Shown here: in pieces, positions 17,425 to 29,127 of the stretch | Numbering within the stretch: the first letter of the stretch is position 1 | Layout: every line of letters begins with the position of its first letter | Source: Ornithinimicrobium sp. | Lineage (GTDB): Bacteria; Actinomycetota; Actinomycetes; Actinomycetales; Dermatophilaceae | Assembly: GCA_049671385.1 (NCBI GenBank) | Contig: JBATUU010000270.1 | Span: forward strand, 1 to 37,052 | Direction of reading: 5' to 3' | DNA: 37,052 nucleotides | Position numbers and translations under genes: made by a program | The notes under the pieces: generated by a model | What the model saw: only the letters and a program-made list of their open reading frames with translations | Database searches by the model: none | What the model was told of the DNA's origin: nothing

Positions 17425-18959
17425 TCGTCGAAGACCAAACGCACGGTGAACGTGCCGCCACCCTCGTCATCAGAGGAGGCGCGCATTCCCACCGCTGCCA
17501 TGGTCTCGACCATGTCTCGCTCTTGTCCCTCGTCGAGTTCGGACAGATAGAGCGTCTCCAACTGGTTGAGGCTGACAAATGCGGCCATGTCGGCATCGTC
17601 AGCGTCCGGAACTGCAACCTCGAAGTCGCGGGTCGAGCCCAAGTCGCCACCTTCAACCAAGGCGTCAAAGTACGACTCGGAGCCAGCGACAGTGAACACG
17701 CCGTCTTTGCCGCCGTACGGCACCCCAAGATCCTCCCCGGAGCTGGCCACCACCCGGTCGATGAGTTCCACCGCCGCATCTGCGTCGGTGCTTGCCTGAT
17801 AACCCACCGGGATTTCCTCGCCATTGCTGGTCTGGAGATTGATGATTTCCGGTCCCGCGGTCACCACCAAGGAGTCGCCCACCATCGTGACGATGTCGCC
17901 TGGCAGGTCAAAACCTTCGGTAGCAGCCTCCTGCTTGACCTGAGCCACATCCTCGGGGAAGGCCTCCTCAAGCAGCGTCCACACCTGGTCGACGTACTGG
18001 TCACCATGCTCCAGGCCGAACGCAGCGACCGTGTCGTTTGGCAACGAGCTGATCAAGTGCGCTGAGTCGCCGCCCTCGATCGTCTCGCCACCGGTGTCGA
18101 TTGCCTGGGCGAAGAACTCGATAGCGTCTTCGTCGAAGCGCAGCGTGCCCGCCATCCGGCCCTGCAGCTCGGCTTGCGAGTCCAGGAGATCCGATGCGCC
18201 GAGCTCCTCGAGCGAGAACTGAACGTCCTGGTTGTAGGTGTCGCTGAGTTCCTGAAAGGCCGGAAGGTTGGCCCACAGCGACATCACACCTTTTTGGCCC
18301 AGTGAGTCCATGTCGGAGGCATACGTTTCGTCCTCCGCCAGGGTGCCCGCATCCAGTGCCATCTTGACGGTCTCGGCGTGCTGAGGCTCGGTCAAGACCA
18401 TGTAGTCACCGCGGAAAAAGATGTCAGCACCCTCAGATTCTTCGGTGGCCATCACGTCCTCGACGAACCCCTCGGCAGCTGCCTCGTCCTTGACCTGGAT
18501 AGCGAAGACCGCCTTCCACTCCTGCTCGGTGGCCCCAGCGATCGCTCCCACACCGACCCGATCGCCCAACCAGGGCTCGACGTCGGTTTCGTAGTCCATG
18601 CCGGCCAGCGGGCTGTCGGGCTCCTCGGCGATCAGGTCGAACAGCGCCTCTCGGCCACGCCCATCGCGCATTTCCTCCAACTCGGCTGTGTCCATGCCAT
18701 CGAAGAACTGCAGCGCAGCCACTTTTTGCCCGACGCTGGGGTCGATGTCGATCTCTGCGTAGAACGCCGTGTTGTCTGGCATGGCTGTGTCCGGTCGATC
18801 ACCGCCTCCGCCCATCACAGCCATCACCGCGTAGGCGCCGCCACCGATCACCACTGCGGCGACAGCCGCTATGGCAACCAGAACCCACGGCAGTAAAGAG
18901 TGCGACGTCGACCCAGCAGGATCGATGGGGTCCGGCGCGGGAGCCGATGTCGAGGTCAT
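17421..18959 (-). CDS. Membrane-anchored acidic extracytoplasmic protein (DUF3352-like)
   Basis: Single N-terminal TM helix, then P...AFYAEIDIDPSVGQK and DVEPWLGDRVGV motifs; very Asp/Glu-rich. Confidence 0.75.
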   Translation of the reverse strand: MTSTSAPAPDPIDPAGSTSHSLLPWVLVAIAAVAAVVIGGGAYAVMAVMGGGGDRPDTAMPDNTAFYAEIDIDPSVGQKVAALQFFDGMDTAELEEMRDGRGREALFDLIAEEPDSPLAGMDYETDVEPWLGDRVGVGAIAGATEQEWKAVFAIQVKDEAAAEGFVEDVMATEESEGADIFFRGDYMVLTEPQHAETVKMALDAGTLAEDETYASDMDSLGQKGVMSLWANLPAFQELSDTYNQDVQFSLEELGASDLLDSQAELQGRMAGTLRFDEDAIEFFAQAIDTGGETIEGGDSAHLISSLPNDTVAAFGLEHGDQYVDQVWTLLEEAFPEDVAQVKQEAATEGFDLPGDIVTMVGDSLVVTAGPEIINLQTSNGEEIPVGYQASTDADAAVELIDRVVASSGEDLGVPYGGKDGVFTVAGSESYFDALVEGGDLGSTRDFEVAVPDADDADMAAFVSLNQLETLYLSELDEGQERDMVETMAAVGMRASSDDEGGGTFTVRLVFDE

Positions 18960-19022
18960 GGGAGGTCCTTGGCTAGGGGTCGGCGAGACAAACGAGCGGG
19001 TGTTCGCCGTTTGCTAGCCCTA

Positions 19023-19050
19023 CGACGCACAGAATACGCCGGGTGGTTCC
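19023..19050 (-). promoter_or_regulatory. Putative ECF sigma promoter (GGAAC-N18-CGTCG, SigM-like) for the DUF3352-cob operon
   Basis: Minus strand reads GGAACcacccggcgtattctgtgCGTCG, about 63 nt upstream of ATG 18959. Confidence 0.5.
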
Positions 19051-19095
19051 GTCCCTACCGAGGTGTGATGACGCTGAGCCTGAATCCGAGCTGGT

Positions 19096-19614
19096 TCAGT
19101 GCCCTGGGCCCGGCCAACGCCTGGTGGTCACGCCCTCGCTCTTGGCACGTTCCACTGCTTCTTCGTAGATCCGCTCGGCTTCTTCACGGTCGCCCCAGTC
19201 CGACGCCTCGACGGACTTGTTCGGCTCCAGGGCTTTGTAGACCTCGAAGAAGTGCTGAATCTCCAAAAGGGCGTGCTCATGCACATCCTTGAGGTCCACA
19301 ACGTGGTCCTTGCGCGGGTCGCCCGCCGGCATACAGATGATCTTGTCGTCGCCGCCGGCCTCGTCGCGCATCCGGAACACCCCGATCGGGCGCGCAGCAA
19401 CCAGACAACCGGGCCACGTCGGTTCATCCAGCAGCACCAAGGCGTCCAGCGGGTCGCCGTCCTCTCCGAGGGTCTCCTCGATGTAGCCGTAGTCGGCGGG
19501 GTAACGCGTCGAGGTGAACAACATTCGGTCCAGACGAATCCGGCCCGAAGCATGGTCAACCTCGTACTTGTTGCGGCTGCCCTGGGGGATCTCGATGGTC
19601 ACGTCAAAGTGCAT
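19096..19614 (-). CDS. ppa: Inorganic pyrophosphatase
   Basis: [33 protein letters not shown]. Confidence 0.98.
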   Translation of the reverse strand: MHFDVTIEIPQGSRNKYEVDHASGRIRLDRMLFTSTRYPADYGYIEETLGEDGDPLDALVLLDEPTWPGCLVAARPIGVFRMRDEAGGDDKIICMPAGDPRKDHVVDLKDVHEHALLEIQHFFEVYKALEPNKSVEASDWGDREEAERIYEEAVERAKSEGVTTRRWPGPGH

Positions 19615-19722
19615 CCCCGAACAATCTCACACCTGTCACCGCCAGCGCCAAGACAAGGGCTGCGTCGCGAGCACCTCCGCATCGCCTACGCTCAGGAGTT
19701 CCCACCACCGCGAGAAGGAAGT

Positions 19723-21174
19723 ATGCGATTCAACCGCCGGCACCGTATTCGCGGGTGGGTCGCGGGCGCAGCCACAGTCGGCCTGCTGCTCTCAGTTGCC
19801 TCGATGAGCGAGCCGGGGACGATCGAAGCAGAAGGGCCGATCGCCGGTGGCGATGAGGTGGTCACGATGGTCCAGGCTCAGCAAGCGGTGCGGCCGCAAC
19901 TGCCAACTGTTGTTCCGTTTGCGTTGCAGGCGAATCAGTCGAGTGAGCCGATCTCTGCCGAAGCGGTCGAAGAACGGGTCCGTGACGCGTGGCGCTCGCG
20001 TCGCTTGGGTAGTTCCGATGACCGGGCAGTCGTCGTTGCGGACGCCATCAACGGTGACGTGTTGGTCGACATTGATGGCGACGAGCCGCTCACCCCTGCC
20101 TCGTTGACCAAAGTCATCTCGGCTGCCGCCATCATGTCGGCGCTACCGCAGGAGCACACCTTCACCACTCGCGTGGTTCCGGGGGCCACGGCGCAAGACA
20201 TCGTCCTGGTGGCCGGCGGTGACCAATTGCTGACATCTGGTCGCAGCAACCCACGTGCGGTCGTCGGACGCGCGGGCCTGAGCACCTTGGCGAGCCGGAC
20301 AGCCAACGCACTGCAATCTCGTGAGGGAAGTGGCGCCGGGGATCCGGTGCGAGTGTGGTTGGACACGACGTATGCCGACGGCCCGAGCCGTGCACCGCAG
20401 TGGACCGATTTTTGGCTCGACAACGGATTCGCGGGGCGGATCACCATGTTGGGCCTGGAGGAAAGCCGGGCTTTGCCGTCTGACCCCTCACCCCGCGACC
20501 CTGCGATGGTGGCGGCTGCGAGCTTCGTCGACAGTCTCGAAGAGCAGGGCATCGAGGTCGTCTCCGAAGAGATTGAACGAGTCGAGGCACCCGCTGAGCC
20601 GGCACTCGCGGAGGTGGAGTCCGCCCCGGCGCGGGACGTGCTCGCCTTGGCACTAGCCACCAGCGACAACGCGATGATCGAGCAGTTGTCGCGGCAGGCG
20701 GCATTGGCTGACGGCGCGGAGATCGACCAGGAATCGGTGAACGCCTGGGTGTTGAGCACGGTGACTGAGACCTATGGGATCAGCACTGACGGCGCGGTGC
20801 TGGCCGATACCTCGGGTCTTTCCGATGGCACCCAGGTGCCGATGTCTCTCATCGCCGAGACCCTGATGGTGGGCGCGAACGGACGACACCCGGCTTTGCA
20901 GTCGGCGCTTGCCGGTCTGCCGATTGCTGGGCTCAGCGGAACTTTGACCGACCGGTTTGCCGGTGAAGCCGCGATATCGGCGCGCGGTGTGGTGCGTGCC
21001 AAGACCGGCTCGCTGCCCCAAGTGGCTTCACTGGCTGGCACGCTCAGCACCGAGGATGGCCAGATGTTGGTGTTCGCGGTCAGCACGAACGACGTTGGCG
21101 GTGGCGCAGAGGGCGTCGAGGCACGTGCCGCAATCGATCGGATGATTGCGGACCTAGCCGCATGCGGTTGCTGA
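19723..21174 (+). CDS. dacB: D-Ala-D-Ala carboxypeptidase/endopeptidase (PBP4, S13)
   Basis: PASLTK (SxxK), SDN, DTSGLS, AKTGSL; signal peptide; AAGGAAG RBS before ATG 19723. Confidence 0.94.
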   Translation: MRFNRRHRIRGWVAGAATVGLLLSVASMSEPGTIEAEGPIAGGDEVVTMVQAQQAVRPQLPTVVPFALQANQSSEPISAEAVEERVRDAWRSRRLGSSDDRAVVVADAINGDVLVDIDGDEPLTPASLTKVISAAAIMSALPQEHTFTTRVVPGATAQDIVLVAGGDQLLTSGRSNPRAVVGRAGLSTLASRTANALQSREGSGAGDPVRVWLDTTYADGPSRAPQWTDFWLDNGFAGRITMLGLEESRALPSDPSPRDPAMVAAASFVDSLEEQGIEVVSEEIERVEAPAEPALAEVESAPARDVLALALATSDNAMIEQLSRQAALADGAEIDQESVNAWVLSTVTETYGISTDGAVLADTSGLSDGTQVPMSLIAETLMVGANGRHPALQSALAGLPIAGLSGTLTDRFAGEAAISARGVVRAKTGSLPQVASLAGTLSTEDGQMLVFAVSTNDVGGGAEGVEARAAIDRMIADLAACGC

Positions 21175-21244
21175 GGACCTCTGCGGATACCGTGGAGCCC
21201 TCGCTGCCAGGCCATTTGAAGAACACCCTGACAAGGTGGAGTGC

Positions 21245-22378
21245 ATGAGTCGATTCTCACTGACCAACTCGGTCCCGCTCCGTGCTGGAGACCCGGGCCC
21301 GCCCGATTCACCAGGGGCAGCGAACATGGTTGATTGGGATTTCGCGGCGTCCTCTGCGGGCCGGCTCGTGCCAGCAGGTCCCAAGGCGAGCCGCATCGAG
21401 ATCAAGGATGCAGTCGCGCAGTTGCGCCAGTGTGCAGCCGCTGCGGTCGAGCCAGTCGCGCACACATCTCAGATGTCGGCCCCCGAGGATGCCCCGGCTC
21501 CGTTGATCGTTGACCGACCCGGCTGGATCCGGGCCAACGCCACCTCACTCGAAGCGATGATGACCCCGGTCATCGATGACTTGCTCAGCCGACGCCAGGG
21601 GGAGAAGGGCAAGGCCGCCCCTACTCCCTCCGAGCTCGGCCGTCGCGTCGGCGGCATCGTCAGCGGCGCAGAGGTGGCCGGGCTGTTGTCCTGGATCAGC
21701 ACCAAGGTCCTCGGCCAATACGATCTTGCCCCGGGCCGCACGCCGCGGCTGCTTCTGGTCGCGCCCAACATCATGTCTGCAGAGCGTGAGCTCGACGTCG
21801 ATGCCCGCGACTTCCGGTTGTGGGTGTGCGTTCATGAGGAGACTCACCGGGTCCAGTTCACCTCGGTGCCCTGGCTGCGCGATCACATCACCGCAAGCGC
21901 GCAGCAGTTGAGCACATCCTTGGTGCCAGGACCGGAGCAGATGAACGATCGGTTGGGTCAGCTGATCACGGGGTTGCCTGGAGTGCTCAGCGGCAAGACC
22001 GACATCACCACCCTTCTAGCCAACGAAGAACAACGAGCGCAGTTGGCCGACCTGACTGCCGTGATGTCGCTGTTGGAGGGGCACGCCGATGTCGTGATGG
22101 ACGAAGTCGGGCCCGTCGTCATCCCAACTGTCGCCCAGATCCGAGAGAAGTTCACACAGCGACGCAAGGGCGCCAGCGCAGTCGATGTGTTGCTGCGCCG
22201 ATTACTGGGTATGGAAGCCAAGATGCGGCAGTACCGCGACGGCGCGGTGTTTGTCCGGGCGGTCACCGATCAGGTTGGCACATCGGGGTTCAACCAGGTG
22301 TGGACGAGCCCTGAAACGCTCCCGCGCGGCAGTGAGATCGCCGATCCTGCGGCCTGGGTTGCTCGCGTGCACGGTTGA
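21245..22378 (+). CDS. Zinc-dependent metalloprotease (DUF2342/zincin)
   Basis: HEETH motif, VLGQYD, MSLLEGHAD, KMRQY; conserved position between dacB and tilS. Confidence 0.9.
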   Translation: MSRFSLTNSVPLRAGDPGPPDSPGAANMVDWDFAASSAGRLVPAGPKASRIEIKDAVAQLRQCAAAAVEPVAHTSQMSAPEDAPAPLIVDRPGWIRANATSLEAMMTPVIDDLLSRRQGEKGKAAPTPSELGRRVGGIVSGAEVAGLLSWISTKVLGQYDLAPGRTPRLLLVAPNIMSAERELDVDARDFRLWVCVHEETHRVQFTSVPWLRDHITASAQQLSTSLVPGPEQMNDRLGQLITGLPGVLSGKTDITTLLANEEQRAQLADLTAVMSLLEGHADVVMDEVGPVVIPTVAQIREKFTQRRKGASAVDVLLRRLLGMEAKMRQYRDGAVFVRAVTDQVGTSGFNQVWTSPETLPRGSEIADPAAWVARVHG

Positions 22379-22409
22379 TGACCGGGTCGCCGCTGCAGGT
22401 ACGGCAGCC

Positions 22410-23420
22410 ATGACCGGACCGCCACCGGCAATCGCCGCGGTGCGAGTGGCCGTACGCACAGCACTGGCTGAGCATCAACTCAGCGGTGACACCGTGGTGG
22501 TCGCCTGCAGTGGCGGAGTCGATTCGTTGGCCTTGGCGCTGGCCGCAGGATTCGAAGTGCCACGGGCCGGTGGCCAGGTGGGCGCGGTGATTGTCGACCA
22601 TCAGCTGCAGCCCAACTCGGCACTGGTTGCGAGTGAGGCTGCCACAGCATGCCGGGGGCTGGGGTTGGACCCGGTCCACGTTGCTACGGTGGACGTGGTT
22701 GCCGGGTCCGGCGGCCTCGAAGACGCGGCGCGCCAAGCCAGGATGGCTGCACTGCAAACGGCTGCCCGCGAGCAGGGTGCTCGCGCGGTGTTGGTCGGCC
22801 ATACCCGCGATGACCAAGCTGAACAGGTGCTGTTGGGCTTGATTCGCGGCTCAGGCACGCGCTCCCTGTCAGGTATGCCGGGCGCCCGCCCACTGCGCCA
22901 GGAGGACGGGTCGGGTGCGCTGACCGTGCTCCGGCCGTTCTTGAACGTGCCCCGTCAAGTGACCTGGGACGCCTGTGCCAGCGCTGACCTCAAGCCCTGG
23001 CAGGACCCGCACAACAGCGAAGAACGGTTCACCAGAGTCCGTGCCCGAGCAGCGTTGGCCGATCTGCACGACCGGCTCGACCCGGGGATCGGCGCGGCGT
23101 TGGCCCGGTCGGCCGATGTCCTACGTGCTGATGCTGACGCACTCGATGACTTCAGCGACACCGCATACGCCGAGCTGGGTGCGCCACCCTGGCCGGTGGA
23201 GCAACTCGCTGCGCACCCCCGAGCCATCAGATCTCGACTCTGGCAGCGGATGGTCACCCAGGCCGGCAGCCCGCCCGGCGGCGTGTCCCGAATCCACCTG
23301 GACGCGATCGATGATCTGATCCGGGGTTGGCACGGTCAGGGCCCGATCACTGTGCCCGGGGGGGTCGAGGTGCACCGGGGACGCGGTCTGATCTGGGCGC
23401 AGGGGCCACAGCCCGGCTAG
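22410..23420 (+). CDS. tilS: tRNA(Ile)-lysidine synthetase
   Basis: ACSGGVDSLAL PP-loop, VDHQL, GHTRDDQAE, DPHN. Confidence 0.96.
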   Translation: MTGPPPAIAAVRVAVRTALAEHQLSGDTVVVACSGGVDSLALALAAGFEVPRAGGQVGAVIVDHQLQPNSALVASEAATACRGLGLDPVHVATVDVVAGSGGLEDAARQARMAALQTAAREQGARAVLVGHTRDDQAEQVLLGLIRGSGTRSLSGMPGARPLRQEDGSGALTVLRPFLNVPRQVTWDACASADLKPWQDPHNSEERFTRVRARAALADLHDRLDPGIGAALARSADVLRADADALDDFSDTAYAELGAPPWPVEQLAAHPRAIRSRLWQRMVTQAGSPPGGVSRIHLDAIDDLIRGWHGQGPITVPGGVEVHRGRGLIWAQGPQPG

Positions 23421-23485
23421 CGTGGCCGCATACCCTGTGTATGAGGCCCCTTGGATGGGCGGCTTGGACGTGACCTGGAGGAACT

Positions 23486-24037
23486 GTGGACGCTGAACAT
23501 ATGGGCACCGATCTGGACCGGGTGCTATTGACCCAGGAGCAGATCCAAGAGCGGCTAGGGGAGCTGGGGCAGCAGATCTGGACGGACTACCAGGACAAGA
23601 ATGTGCTGCTCGTCGGGGTACTCAGAGGCGCCGTCGTGGTCATGGCTGACCTGATGCGAGCGCTACCGGGATCGGCAGAGATGGACTGGATGGCGGTGTC
23701 GTCCTACGGGTCGGGCACCAAGTCCTCAGGAGTAGTACGAATCCTGAAAGACCTGGACACCGATATCAGCGACCGCCACGTGCTGATCGTCGAGGACATC
23801 ATCGACTCCGGCCTGACGTTGAGTTGGATCAGGACCAACCTGCTCTCGCGCAGACCGGCGAGCGTGGAGATCTGCACCTTGTTGCGTAAGCCAGAGGCAG
23901 CGAAGGTGGACATCGATGTTCGCTACGTCGGCTTCGACATCGAGAACGAGTTCGTGGTCGGCTACGGCCTGGATTTTGCCGAGCGCTATCGCAACCTCCG
24001 CGTGGTGGGCGTGCTCGCCCCGAAGATGTACAACTAG
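23486..24037 (+). CDS. hpt: Hypoxanthine phosphoribosyltransferase
   Basis: [40 protein letters not shown]. Confidence 0.98.
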   Translation: MDAEHMGTDLDRVLLTQEQIQERLGELGQQIWTDYQDKNVLLVGVLRGAVVVMADLMRALPGSAEMDWMAVSSYGSGTKSSGVVRILKDLDTDISDRHVLIVEDIIDSGLTLSWIRTNLLSRRPASVEICTLLRKPEAAKVDIDVRYVGFDIENEFVVGYGLDFAERYRNLRVVGVLAPKMYN

Positions 24038-24105
24038 GCGCGATCCGACCCTGCTCGCAGCCGCCGCCGCAGCGTCCGCGCGCGGTGGTGCGGCCCGGTA
24101 GGTCT

Positions 24106-24132
24106 GGAACACTAGTTGTCGCCCACACGTTG
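24106..24132 (+). promoter_or_regulatory. SigH/SigE/sigmaR-type promoter upstream of ftsH
   Basis: GGAAC-N17-CGTTG exact consensus. Confidence 0.75.
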
Positions 24133-24213
24133 AGGCTGCAGATCGTTGCACGACGTCTGCTCATTTGATCCCACCAGCGCGAAGGAGCGGGGCCCTGCGG
24201 GCCTGCGAAATTG

Positions 24214-26230
<2,017 letters not shown>

Positions 26231-26253
<23 letters not shown>

Positions 26254-26902
26254 GCAAGGCACCGACGCTGACGTGGTCGCTGAAGAGGACGACGGTGCCG
26301 TCGCAGCAACTGGGCTGGTCCCAGAGGTTGTCGAGGTGGATCAGCCCCGCGTAGAAGCCGCCGTGCGAGAGATTCTGCTCGCCGTCGGCGAGGACCCGGA
26401 CCGGGATGGATTGTTGGACACACCCGCTCGGGTGGCTCGTGCATACGCCGAAATGTTTGCCGGGCTCGGGCAATCACCGAGCGAAGTGCTGGAGCGCACA
26501 TTCGACGTCGAGCACGAAGAGCTCATTATGGTCCGTGACATCTCGGTCTACAGCGTGTGCGAGCACCACCTGGTGCCGTTCCACGGAGTGGCCCATATCG
26601 GCTACATCCCAGGCCCGAGCGGCCGGGTGACCGGACTGTCCAAACTGGCTCGACTCGTCGATGTGTACGCCCGGCGGCCCCAGGTGCAAGAGCGACTGAC
26701 CACGCAGATCGCGGAGGCACTGGAGGAGCACCTGCACCCGCGGGGCGTCATTGTCGTGATCGAGGCTGAGCACCTGTGCATGTCGATGCGTGGAGTACGG
26801 CGCCCCGGTGCCCGCACCATTACCTCAGCGGTGCGCGGGCAGCTGCGTGCCGGAGCGACTCGGGCCGAGGCGATGAGCCTGGCGCTGGCTGGCAGGAGCT
26901 AA
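26231..26902 (+). CDS. folE: GTP cyclohydrolase I
   Basis: [34 protein letters not shown]; start may lie slightly downstream. Confidence 0.97.
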
Positions 26903-26906
26903 AGCC

Positions 26907-27716
26907 GTGACTCAGGTCATGGGGGTGCTCAACGTCACTCCCGACTCGTTCTCCGATGGTGGCCTGTGGCCGGGCACCGAGCAGGCCGTTGCCCGCGGCC
27001 TGGAGTTGGTTGCGCAGGGTGCGGACATCGTCGACGTTGGCGGGGAGTCCACCCGACCCGGTGCGATACGTCCTCATGCTGATGAGGAATCGGCCAGGGT
27101 GGTGCCGGTGATCGAGGCGCTGCACCGTGAAGGCATCACTACCTCGATCGACACCATGCGCGGCACGGTCGCGGCCGCATGTCTGGAGGCTGGGGCGGAC
27201 ATCGTCAATGATGTTTCGGGGGGCTTGGCTGACCCTGGGATGGCTGCGATCGTGGCGGCGGCGGACGTGCCCTACATCGCGATGCATTGGCGCGGGCACT
27301 CCGCCACGATGGACCAGGTCAGTGGCTATGACGATGTGGTCGCTGAGGTGAAGGCCCACCTGCGCCGTCGCCTGGAGGCGCTGGTCGGTAGCGGCATCAA
27401 AGAGCGCAACATCATTCTCGATCCGGGCTTTGGATTCGCTAAGCAAGCCCACCACAACTGGACGCTGCTGGCCGCACTGGACGAGATCGTCGCGCTGGGC
27501 CCGCGTGTGCTGGTCGGCACCTCACGTAAACGGTTCCTCGCCACCCTCAGCACAGCGCCGAGATCCAGCGAGTCCGCCCCAGCCCACGAGCGTGATGCCG
27601 CCACGGCCGCCACGAGCGTGTTGGCTGCTCAGTCCGGGGCTTGGGCGGTGCGAGTGCATGATGTGCCGAGCACCGTCGCCGCTCTCGGCGTCGCGAGGAT
27701 GGTGGGCCGTGAATGA
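26907..27716 (+). CDS. folP: Dihydropteroate synthase
   Basis: NVTPDSFSDGG, GGESTRPG, DPGFGF, SRKRFL, VRVHDV. Confidence 0.98.
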   Translation: MTQVMGVLNVTPDSFSDGGLWPGTEQAVARGLELVAQGADIVDVGGESTRPGAIRPHADEESARVVPVIEALHREGITTSIDTMRGTVAAACLEAGADIVNDVSGGLADPGMAAIVAAADVPYIAMHWRGHSATMDQVSGYDDVVAEVKAHLRRRLEALVGSGIKERNIILDPGFGFAKQAHHNWTLLAALDEIVALGPRVLVGTSRKRFLATLSTAPRSSESAPAHERDAATAATSVLAAQSGAWAVRVHDVPSTVAALGVARMVGRE

Positions 27717-28605
27717 CCAGATCGAACTGCGCGGGGTATCCGCCTTCGGGCGCCACGGCGTGCTGGACTCCGAGCGCCGGCAAGGACAACACTTCAGCGT
27801 GGATGCCCTGCTTGAGGTCGACACCGCGGCGGCTTCGGCCAGCGACGAGGTCGGTGCAACGGTCAACTACGCCAGTGTTGCCGCCGACATCGTGGCCATC
27901 ATCGCCGGTCCGGCGGTCAACCTCATTGAAACCCTTGCAGCACTGATCGCTGAGAAGGTGTTGACTTCCTACCCACTGGTGCAGGCGACGACAGTCACTG
28001 TCCATAAACCCCAGGCTCCGGTGGGGGTTCCATTCGACGATGTGCTGGTGCGGGTGACACGGCAGCGGAGCGTCGCCGTGACGATCGGTCTGGGCGCCAA
28101 CCTGGGCGCAGCTGAACACACGGTGCGGGCGGCTCTGGGTGGGCTGAGCGGCATACCGGCGATATCGGGCCTGCGATCCTCGAGTTTGTACCGAACTGCA
28201 CCGGTTGGTGGTCCGGAGCAGGACGACTATGTGAATGCGGTCGCGACGGCTCAGACCGACCTGCCGCCTCACGCACTCTTGGGCGTGCTGCACGGTATGG
28301 AGCAGGCCTTCGGGCGGACCCGTGACGTGCGCTGGGGACCACGCACGCTTGACCTTGACCTCATCCAGTACGGCTCGCCCGCCACCCGTGATGAAACGGT
28401 GCTGGACGAGCCGGACCTCGTGCTGCCTCACCCCAGGACGATGGAGCGGGGCTTTGTGTTGATGCCCTGGTTGGAGGTCGACCCTGCGGCGAGTTTGACG
28501 GTCGCAGGTCACGTCGTGCCGGTGGCAACCCTGGTGACTGCGGTGGATGTCAGCGGCGTCCGCCGAATTCCCGGTGGCGAGGAGGGTGATGAGCTCGATG
28601 GATAG
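27709..28605 (+). CDS. folK: Bifunctional dihydroneopterin aldolase / HPPK (FolB-FolK fusion)
   Basis: FolB part: HGV...ER..GQ.F, LIETLA, HKPQAP. It continues in frame into FolK: LGANLG, YVNAV, RWGPRTLDLD, PHPR..ERGFVL. Start GTG 27709. Confidence 0.93.
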   Translation: MNDQIELRGVSAFGRHGVLDSERRQGQHFSVDALLEVDTAAASASDEVGATVNYASVAADIVAIIAGPAVNLIETLAALIAEKVLTSYPLVQATTVTVHKPQAPVGVPFDDVLVRVTRQRSVAVTIGLGANLGAAEHTVRAALGGLSGIPAISGLRSSSLYRTAPVGGPEQDDYVNAVATAQTDLPPHALLGVLHGMEQAFGRTRDVRWGPRTLDLDLIQYGSPATRDETVLDEPDLVLPHPRTMERGFVLMPWLEVDPAASLTVAGHVVPVATLVTAVDVSGVRRIPGGEEGDELDG

Positions 28606-29116
28606 GCGGTCGGACGGACTCGCCGTCGGCACCGCGGCGCTGGCTGGAGCGGCCGCCCTGCTGCTGAGCGTCCTGGCGCTGATCGGGTGGCGTAGCACGG
28701 GCGGGGAGTACCCACGGTTGCCCTGGCTCGCCGTCGCCCCGATGGTGGGTTACGCGGTCTTGGTCCTGTATGCCGCGTGGCGGATTCGGCAATATGTCCG
28801 TAGCGACACAGACCAACCGACCGCAGGCTTCGTGCCGACGCCGCAACAGGCGAGAGGGACGCTGGTCGCCGCCCAGGCAGGTGCCCTCGGCGGGGCACTG
28901 TTGGTCGGGTTCTATCTGGGCAACGCCGCGCTTCATCTGAGCAATATCGATGTGCTGTCGGTGCGCGAGTTGTTGATCCGGGCCCTGGTCTGTGCCGCCG
29001 CTGCGCTTGTCGTCAGCGTTGCCGGGTTCATCGGGCAGCACATGTGTCGGTTGCCCGATGATCCCGACGAGCAACTCCATCGACCGTCCGACGACGACGG
29101 CATGGCATACGGCTGA
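28589..29116 (+). CDS. DUF3180 family membrane protein
   Basis: Four TM helices, AQAGA..G, C-terminal CRLPDD; canonical position after folK. Confidence 0.85.
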   Translation: MSSMDRRSDGLAVGTAALAGAAALLLSVLALIGWRSTGGEYPRLPWLAVAPMVGYAVLVLYAAWRIRQYVRSDTDQPTAGFVPTPQQARGTLVAAQAGALGGALLVGFYLGNAALHLSNIDVLSVRELLIRALVCAAAALVVSVAGFIGQHMCRLPDDPDEQLHRPSDDDGMAYG

Positions 29117-29127
29117 TCCGACCGCGG

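Noticed and set aside
18960..19095. Cobalamin riboswitch upstream of the cob genes
   Set aside because: No GGGAA..GGTG..AA.TCC or B12-box motif visible; an Rfam scan would be decisive
14950..19095. Intact genomic island or prophage at tRNA-Thr
   Set aside because: No integrase or phage genes, no duplicated att site seen, and no obvious compositional shift
19099..19722. Apparent 208-aa N-terminal extension of dacB
   Set aside because: It is the antisense of ppa; the RBS and signal peptide point to ATG 19723
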